Of a stretch of 64,000 bases of DNA, positions 59,511-64,000 are shown in pieces. A program made the position numbers and the translations under genes. A model generated the notes under the pieces. It worked only from the letters and a program-made list of their open reading frames with translations. It did not search any database and was not told the DNA's origin. Within the stretch, counting starts at the first letter, position 1, and each line of letters begins with the position of its first letter. The stretch comes from an uncultured Veillonella sp. (GTDB taxonomy: Bacteria > Bacillota > Negativicutes > Veillonellales > Veillonellaceae), in assembly GCA_963526885.1 (NCBI GenBank), contig CAURQH010000008.1, positions 21,468-85,467 of the forward strand, given 5' to 3'.

Positions 59511-59948
59511 ATGAAATTGGTAGAACGAATTACAGCAGTTGTTAAAGAAATCGGTAAAGATATTAAGGCATTGAAAAGCCGTGTATTGACGTTGGAGAGC
59601 AATACAGGAACTGGCACAGTTGATGAAACAGTGGTAACGAACAAAGTTACTGAACAAATTACCGCATTAAAAGGTGAGTTGCCTACGTTGGTAACACCTA
59701 CCATCAATGCAGAAATTGCCAAAGTAGTAGACGGTGCACCAGACGCTTTCAACACGTTGAAAGAGATTGCAGATTACATCGAGCAAGACAAAACAGGAGC
59801 GTCTGCAATGGCGGAAAGTATCAATAAGCGATTACGCATTGATGAACAGCAAACATTATCTGAGCAAGAACAAGCAAATGTATTAGGTGCATTAGGCTTT
59901 ACTGATACGGATTTTGTAACGGCATATAACACAGCAGTAAACGGATAA
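59511..59948 (+). CDS. Fibre-like protein
   Basis: VVDGAPDAFNTLKEIADYI motif typical of phage fibres. Confidence 0.7.
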   Translation: MKLVERITAVVKEIGKDIKALKSRVLTLESNTGTGTVDETVVTNKVTEQITALKGELPTLVTPTINAEIAKVVDGAPDAFNTLKEIADYIEQDKTGASAMAESINKRLRIDEQQTLSEQEQANVLGALGFTDTDFVTAYNTAVNG

Positions 59949-59958
59949 GGAGTGGCAT

Positions 59959-61053
59959 ATGGGGATTATCGAAGAGATAAAACAGCTGGCAACAACAATC
60001 GGCACGGACATTAAGGCTTTACGAGAACAACAAGCGAGCAAGGAAGATGTTGACAAGGCGTTAGCATTATTGGACGGGCTCACTAGTGTAATCCGTAAAT
60101 CAGAAGTAAATTTACAGTTCAAAGAGTCTTTATTATCTAGGGCTATTGTAGAAGCGATTGGCAGTAATGCAAATATTCCATTCAAGGAGATTAATGAGGG
60201 GAATTTCAATAAATTTGTAGATTTTATAGCTAAAAATGTAAGTATTAAAAATACGGCAAGTGATTTTTATGGCAGAACATTCGTAACACTAAAAGATAAT
60301 CAAATTTCTGTTGTAATAAGGTTGACAGATGAATTGGTGCAAAAAGGCTATAAATTAAAAGTTGTCTACACAAAAAACGGTGAAGTTACAGAGGCCATTA
60401 CTGACAAAGAGTTTACTGTAATCGACCCTGCCGAATGTAAATATTTTATCTTCAAAAATGAGGATGTGATTGAATCTGAACCATACACAGTATACTTAGG
60501 TGAATTGGAGAAACACAACAATGTGACGGTGGAGATGAAAGAAGAAGCAAACGGTTCAGTGGTTATCTCCAAAATTATTGACAGTAACGATTATGATGTT
60601 TTCGACTTGACAAATCACGGGATGTACGTCGCTGCTATTGAGAAGCAGTTCAATACTCAATTTCCAAATAAGGAATATAGCACTACTGATATTAATTTCT
60701 TAAATGAGCCCATAGAGATTAATGGCAATATTAAAGTATTTAGATTTCATTTACTGAACAGTCGATTAGAGCCTAAAGTCGGTATTAAGGGTAAAGCTGG
60801 GTATAGTGACTTATTTTATTTTAAAAACAGCCCTAAGTATCTATCCGTTTATGGGATAAATGTACGTGGTCGTTTATTAGAAGTTAACGGTAAACAAGGG
60901 GTTGTTTCTAATACACCAGTTAAGGGGAAAGCTAATGCAAATACTTACATTGCACGATTTGATTCAGAAAATGGAAGTTTTAAAAGATATACAGGAATCA
61001 GTAGAGACAGCCTTGAAGAGTGGCTAAAAACGAATCCGTTAGAAACACTATAG
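59959..61053 (+). CDS. Putative receptor-binding/fibre protein
   Basis: N-terminus resembles the preceding gene; AT-rich, beta-rich body. Confidence 0.55.
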   Translation: MGIIEEIKQLATTIGTDIKALREQQASKEDVDKALALLDGLTSVIRKSEVNLQFKESLLSRAIVEAIGSNANIPFKEINEGNFNKFVDFIAKNVSIKNTASDFYGRTFVTLKDNQISVVIRLTDELVQKGYKLKVVYTKNGEVTEAITDKEFTVIDPAECKYFIFKNEDVIESEPYTVYLGELEKHNNVTVEMKEEANGSVVISKIIDSNDYDVFDLTNHGMYVAAIEKQFNTQFPNKEYSTTDINFLNEPIEINGNIKVFRFHLLNSRLEPKVGIKGKAGYSDLFYFKNSPKYLSVYGINVRGRLLEVNGKQGVVSNTPVKGKANANTYIARFDSENGSFKRYTGISRDSLEEWLKTNPLETL

Positions 61054-61110
61054 AAATACAGAAAGCACCTTATGAACTTCATAGGGTGCTTTTATAAAAC
61101 GAGGTAAAAG

Positions 61111-61497
61111 ATGAATTACACTATTTTGGAACTTGTAACTCTAGTCAGTGGTATATTCGCTATCACCAAAATGGTGGTATGGTTATACGACAGCAAAGTA
61201 TCAACCGAGCGAGAGGGCGAACTGCAAAAACTCAAAAACGAATTCTTGCTCAAGCAAGATGAGTTACAAACACGGCTAGAGGTGCAGACACACAATGCAG
61301 AGCATACGGTACGCATGAACACATTAGCTATGCAACATCTGACAGAATCCATCGGAGAATTGAAAGAAACGTTGAAAGAGACACAGGAGCGATTGGTGGA
61401 CTTATCCAAGGAGCAGGCAAGCATTAAAGAATCGGTAAAATCTGCACACAAACGGATTACCGAAATCAACGATAGGGGGTGCAGATGTAGTGAGTAG
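61111..61497 (+). CDS. N-terminal TM plus coiled-coil lysis protein (XhlA/holin-like)
   Basis: One TM helix, heptads, SAHKRI C-terminus; first gene of the lysis cassette. Confidence 0.65.
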   Translation: MNYTILELVTLVSGIFAITKMVVWLYDSKVSTEREGELQKLKNEFLLKQDELQTRLEVQTHNAEHTVRMNTLAMQHLTESIGELKETLKETQERLVDLSKEQASIKESVKSAHKRITEINDRGCRCSE

Positions 61498-61645
61498 GAA
61501 TACTGACATGGTGGTGGCAACAGGGTTAACTGTTGCGTTATTTATGGCTATTTATTTCCGCATGAACGAATTGGCCACTAACATTGCTAGCGGGTTGATT
61601 GGTTACATCGGCGGTGCAGTGGCAAAAGGAGGATTATACAAATGA
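61490..61645 (+). CDS. Putative holin (51 aa, not in ORF track)
   Basis: GGGGGTG RBS; MSRNTDMVVATGLTVALFMAIYF...IASGLIGYIGGAVAK; overlaps the endolysin start. Confidence 0.6.
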   Translation: MSRNTDMVVATGLTVALFMAIYFRMNELATNIASGLIGYIGGAVAKGGLYK

Positions 61646-62025
61646 AAGTAGGCAAGTATTTTGATGATTATGAGTTCGCTTGCAGTTGCGATAGGCATAA
61701 TGTGGTGGATGGTCACAACGTATTAGACCATGTTATTGATAAGCGATTGGTTGATGTATTAGACAACATCCGAGAAACAGTAGGACGACCAGTACATATT
61801 ACTAGTGGCTATCGTTGCCCTGAACATAATGCAGACGTAGGGGGAGTGCCAAACTCTCAGCATACGTTGGGAACTGCTAGCGATATTTACGTGGATGGTA
61901 TGGGTGTTGATGAATTGGCAGACATTGCCATTGAATGTGGTGCGATGGGTGTAGGTCGATATTATAATCAAGGGTTCGTACACGTTGATGTTAGAGATTA
62001 CAGAGCGGATTGGGACGACCAATAG
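61642..62025 (+). CDS. Endolysin, peptidase M15 family (no cell-wall-binding domain)
   Basis: ITSGYRC..HN..VGG..NSQH..G.A.DI, FVHVDVR. Confidence 0.9.
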   Translation: MKVGKYFDDYEFACSCDRHNVVDGHNVLDHVIDKRLVDVLDNIRETVGRPVHITSGYRCPEHNADVGGVPNSQHTLGTASDIYVDGMGVDELADIAIECGAMGVGRYYNQGFVHVDVRDYRADWDDQ

Positions 62026-62034
62026 GAGGATACT

Positions 62035-62298
62035 ATGAGAATTGATAAAACAATCTTTGATAAAGGCGTAGAATTAGCAAAAGCACATGCAGAATTGGCA
62101 TTGAAAGGTATGGATACAAAGGCCATTGAGGAATGGGTGGCTCATGAATTGGAGCGAGTAACACAGCCGTTAGAGGATGAAATCAAAACTACCAAATCAT
62201 GGTGGGTGAAGTTACGAAACCGTATGTACATCAATGTGATCCAACAAAGTGCAGGGGCAATCGTTGCTAACATCGAAAAAGAAATCAAAAAATTATAA
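62035..62298 (+). CDS. Amphipathic helical protein after the endolysin
   Basis: AGGAGG RBS; SWWVKLRNRMY segment. Confidence 0.7.
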   Translation: MRIDKTIFDKGVELAKAHAELALKGMDTKAIEEWVAHELERVTQPLEDEIKTTKSWWVKLRNRMYINVIQQSAGAIVANIEKEIKKL

Positions 62299-62310
62299 AA
62301 ATTGAATAAC

Positions 62311-62357
62311 AAAAAGAGGACATCCGAAGTGTTATCAGCACTAGATGTCCTCTTTTT
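62311..62357. terminator. Bidirectional terminator
   Basis: AAAAAGAGGACATC...GATGTCCTCTTTTT. Confidence 0.85.
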
Positions 62358-62373
62358 GAAAGGGGGTGAAACC

Positions 62374-62475
62374 TTGATAAAATTCCTCAAACTATTAAAG
62401 ATAGTAGACCTTGTGTTACAGCACATGGAATCTATCATTAATACAATAAAATCAATTATTCACCTATTTTGTTAA
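62374..62475 (+). CDS. 33-aa amphipathic peptide (type I toxin-like; not in ORF track)
   Basis: GAAAGGGGGTGA RBS; MIKFLKLLKIVDLVLQHMESIINTIKSIIHLFC. Confidence 0.6.
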   Translation: MIKFLKLLKIVDLVLQHMESIINTIKSIIHLFC

Positions 62476-62744
62476 TAGCTATTACAATGCTATTATACAA
62501 TATTCGTGAATTAGATACAATATAGAGCCTATCAGCTATAAAGTTGGTAGGCTTTTTATGCTATAATATAAACAATAAAAACGATAAAAATAGTCGTTGT
62601 TGGATCTAGTTACGGCAGAAAAACGGCAAAAAGGAATTGTCATATATTGGTAGTTAAGTAATAAAAATCGAAGTATAAAATATTGGCCAATGTTATATTT
62701 TGGCGTATTTTGATAGATTATTGTAAAGGGTTGGCAAGATGTCG

Positions 62745-62755
62745 TATAATAAAGG
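62745..62755 (+). repeat. Putative attR core, overlapping the holB -10 box
   Basis: TATAATAAAGG; arm-like ACGGCAGAAAA-ACGGCAAAAA at 62612-62632. Confidence 0.7.
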
Positions 62756-62782
62756 GTAGTCTTATGAGGTAAAGGAGGGTGT

Positions 62783-63826
62783 ATGTCATTTTTTGAAACT
62801 GTACTTGGTCAACACCAAGTGAAAGAGCAAATTACTACATTAATCCATGATTCTGCTTTACCCCATAGCTTACTGCTTTACGGAGAAACAGGTTTAGAAT
62901 CTACCTCTATGGCTATAGCCATAGGGTCATTAATAGTGGGACGGCAGATTTTTTCTCCTGATGAGGGGAGAACCTTTTTATCCACAATAGAGCAACAACG
63001 CATTGAGTCTGGTGAAAGCGAGAGCGCAGTCAAAGATAAAGGATTGCCTATCTATATTGATCAAGGTCAAGCTTTTTGGATTCGCCCTATGAAAACACAG
63101 CTCAGTGTGGAACAATGGTATACCTTATTAGAAAAGTATATCAATGTATCTAGTGATACACCACGGGTGGTTATCGTGGAAGGCTTTCAGACGGCCAATA
63201 CTGTCTTAGCGAATGCGATGCTGAAAACGATTGAAGAACCACCGAGAAATATGTATTTTATCATTGTCACTACCAATATCGATAACGTTCTACCCACTAT
63301 CGTGTCACGATGCATGCTCATTGGCATGCTACCAGTTCCAGAAGAGGAATTAGTGAAAGCTTTAACCAAGGAAGGCTATACAGGAGATATTCGACGTGCT
63401 GTGCGAAGTGCTCGTGGAAATCCCACATTAGCTCGTCAGTGGGCGCAGGCTAGTGGTATTGAACGTTTAGAAAAGGCAATGGAAGTGCTAGAATCTGTGG
63501 TTGAAAGAAGTCATTTTTTTACTACCTTAGCCTTATCCTTTGAGGGACTTTCAAAAGAAGTAGTACTCGATATATTGAGCTGGTTACGTGTGTTAGCAAG
63601 AGACATGTTAGCTTTGCGATATGGTACAGAGAGTGAAAAGATGATACTAAATGAGTATCGATTCCGCATGCAAATGATTTTACCACGATGGTCATCAAAA
63701 TCTTTGCAACGAATTGTGCCCATTACATTAGAAGCAGAACAGGCACTGCGCCTTAATGTGCGCTTAGGCCTTGTCATAGATGGAGTTATATTAGCCTTAA
63801 GGGAGGCTGTGAAGGAGGATATATAG
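62783..63826 (+). CDS. holB: DNA polymerase III delta-prime subunit
   Basis: HSLLLYG, ANAMLKTIEEPP, LPTIVSRC; tmk-holB-yaaT synteny. Confidence 0.9.
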   Translation: MSFFETVLGQHQVKEQITTLIHDSALPHSLLLYGETGLESTSMAIAIGSLIVGRQIFSPDEGRTFLSTIEQQRIESGESESAVKDKGLPIYIDQGQAFWIRPMKTQLSVEQWYTLLEKYINVSSDTPRVVIVEGFQTANTVLANAMLKTIEEPPRNMYFIIVTTNIDNVLPTIVSRCMLIGMLPVPEEELVKALTKEGYTGDIRRAVRSARGNPTLARQWAQASGIERLEKAMEVLESVVERSHFFTTLALSFEGLSKEVVLDILSWLRVLARDMLALRYGTESEKMILNEYRFRMQMILPRWSSKSLQRIVPITLEAEQALRLNVRLGLVIDGVILALREAVKEDI

Positions 63827-64000
63827 TGGTTACTATAGTAGGAGTACGCTTTAAAAAAGCAGGCAAAATCTACTACTTTAGCCCTGGGTTTATCACCCTA
63901 ACGACGGGAGATGGTGTTATAGTAGAAACCTCTCGTGGTTTGGAATTTGGGGAAGTCGTAATTGGTCCACGAAAAGTGTCGGAAGATAGCGTGGTGCAAC
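63826..64000 (+). CDS. yaaT: PSP1/YaaT (RicT) family protein, 3'-truncated at window edge
   Basis: VGVRFKKAGKIYYF.P...GD.VIVET.RGLEFG.V. Confidence 0.9.
   Translation, partial: MVTIVGVRFKKAGKIYYFSPGFITLTTGDGVIVETSRGLEFGEVVIGPRKVSEDSVVQ

Larger units (their letters stand above)
62311..62486 (-). ncRNA. Candidate antisense RNA
   Basis: Minus-strand TTGTAT(62520-62515)-17-TATAAT(62497-62492), ending at the bidirectional terminator. Confidence 0.5.
21199..62755. mobile_element. Integrated temperate siphovirus prophage (~41.5 kb), apparently intact
   Basis: Integrase, cI/cro, replication, packaging, head, tail and lysis modules between tmk and holB; flanking direct repeat TATAATAAAGG. Confidence 0.95.

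Noticed and set aside
57960..61053. Diversity-generating retroelement or invertible tail-fibre system
   Set aside because: No reverse transcriptase, invertase or template/variable repeat pair seen
62558..62568. Alternative att core ATGCTATAATA (also at 21195-21205)
   Set aside because: Equal length, but it would leave the arm-like ACGGCA repeats (62612-62632) outside the phage and may simply be another extended -10 box; not fully excluded without an empty-site genome
62783..63826. holB as a pseudogene because its Walker A is degenerate
   Set aside because: Delta-prime is normally ATPase-inactive; the ORF is full length with the SRC motif

Overview
Low-GC Firmicutes-type chromosome, probably Negativicutes (Veillonella-like; inferred from gene order and protein style). 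Bases 1-21198 are host genes: trkA/trkH, an MBL-fold hydrolase, five tRNAs (Asp, Phe, Gly, Cys, Leu), two MFS transporters, an Lrp/aminotransferase pair, a DUF438-PAS protein, rarD, a COG1373-type ATPase, glmU-prs-pth, a yaaO-like decarboxylase and tmk. An apparently intact ~41.5 kb temperate siphovirus prophage (about 21199-62755) interrupts the conserved yaaO-tmk-holB-yaaT order. Its likely 11-bp att core (TATAATAAAGG) contains the -10 box of the holB promoter. Main points of interest in the prophage: (1) a complete 7-deazaguanine DNA-modification cassette (ParB-N, dpdA-like transglycosylase, queC, queD, queE, folE) directly upstream of terS; (2) an unannotated ~58-nt antisense RNA unit whose 5' end is complementary to a 17-nt RBS/start-codon motif shared by five dispersed early genes, a candidate multi-target translational silencer; (3) two type I toxin-antitoxin-like peptide/antisense loci; (4) a MuF head protein with a JAB/MPN-like C-terminal extension and a candidate immunity gene; (5) a YneA-like LysM division inhibitor; (6) a GTA/lambda-type tail tip on a Firmicutes-type head; (7) a lysis cassette with no recognisable spanins. 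All family assignments come from motif recognition by eye; no database searches were run.
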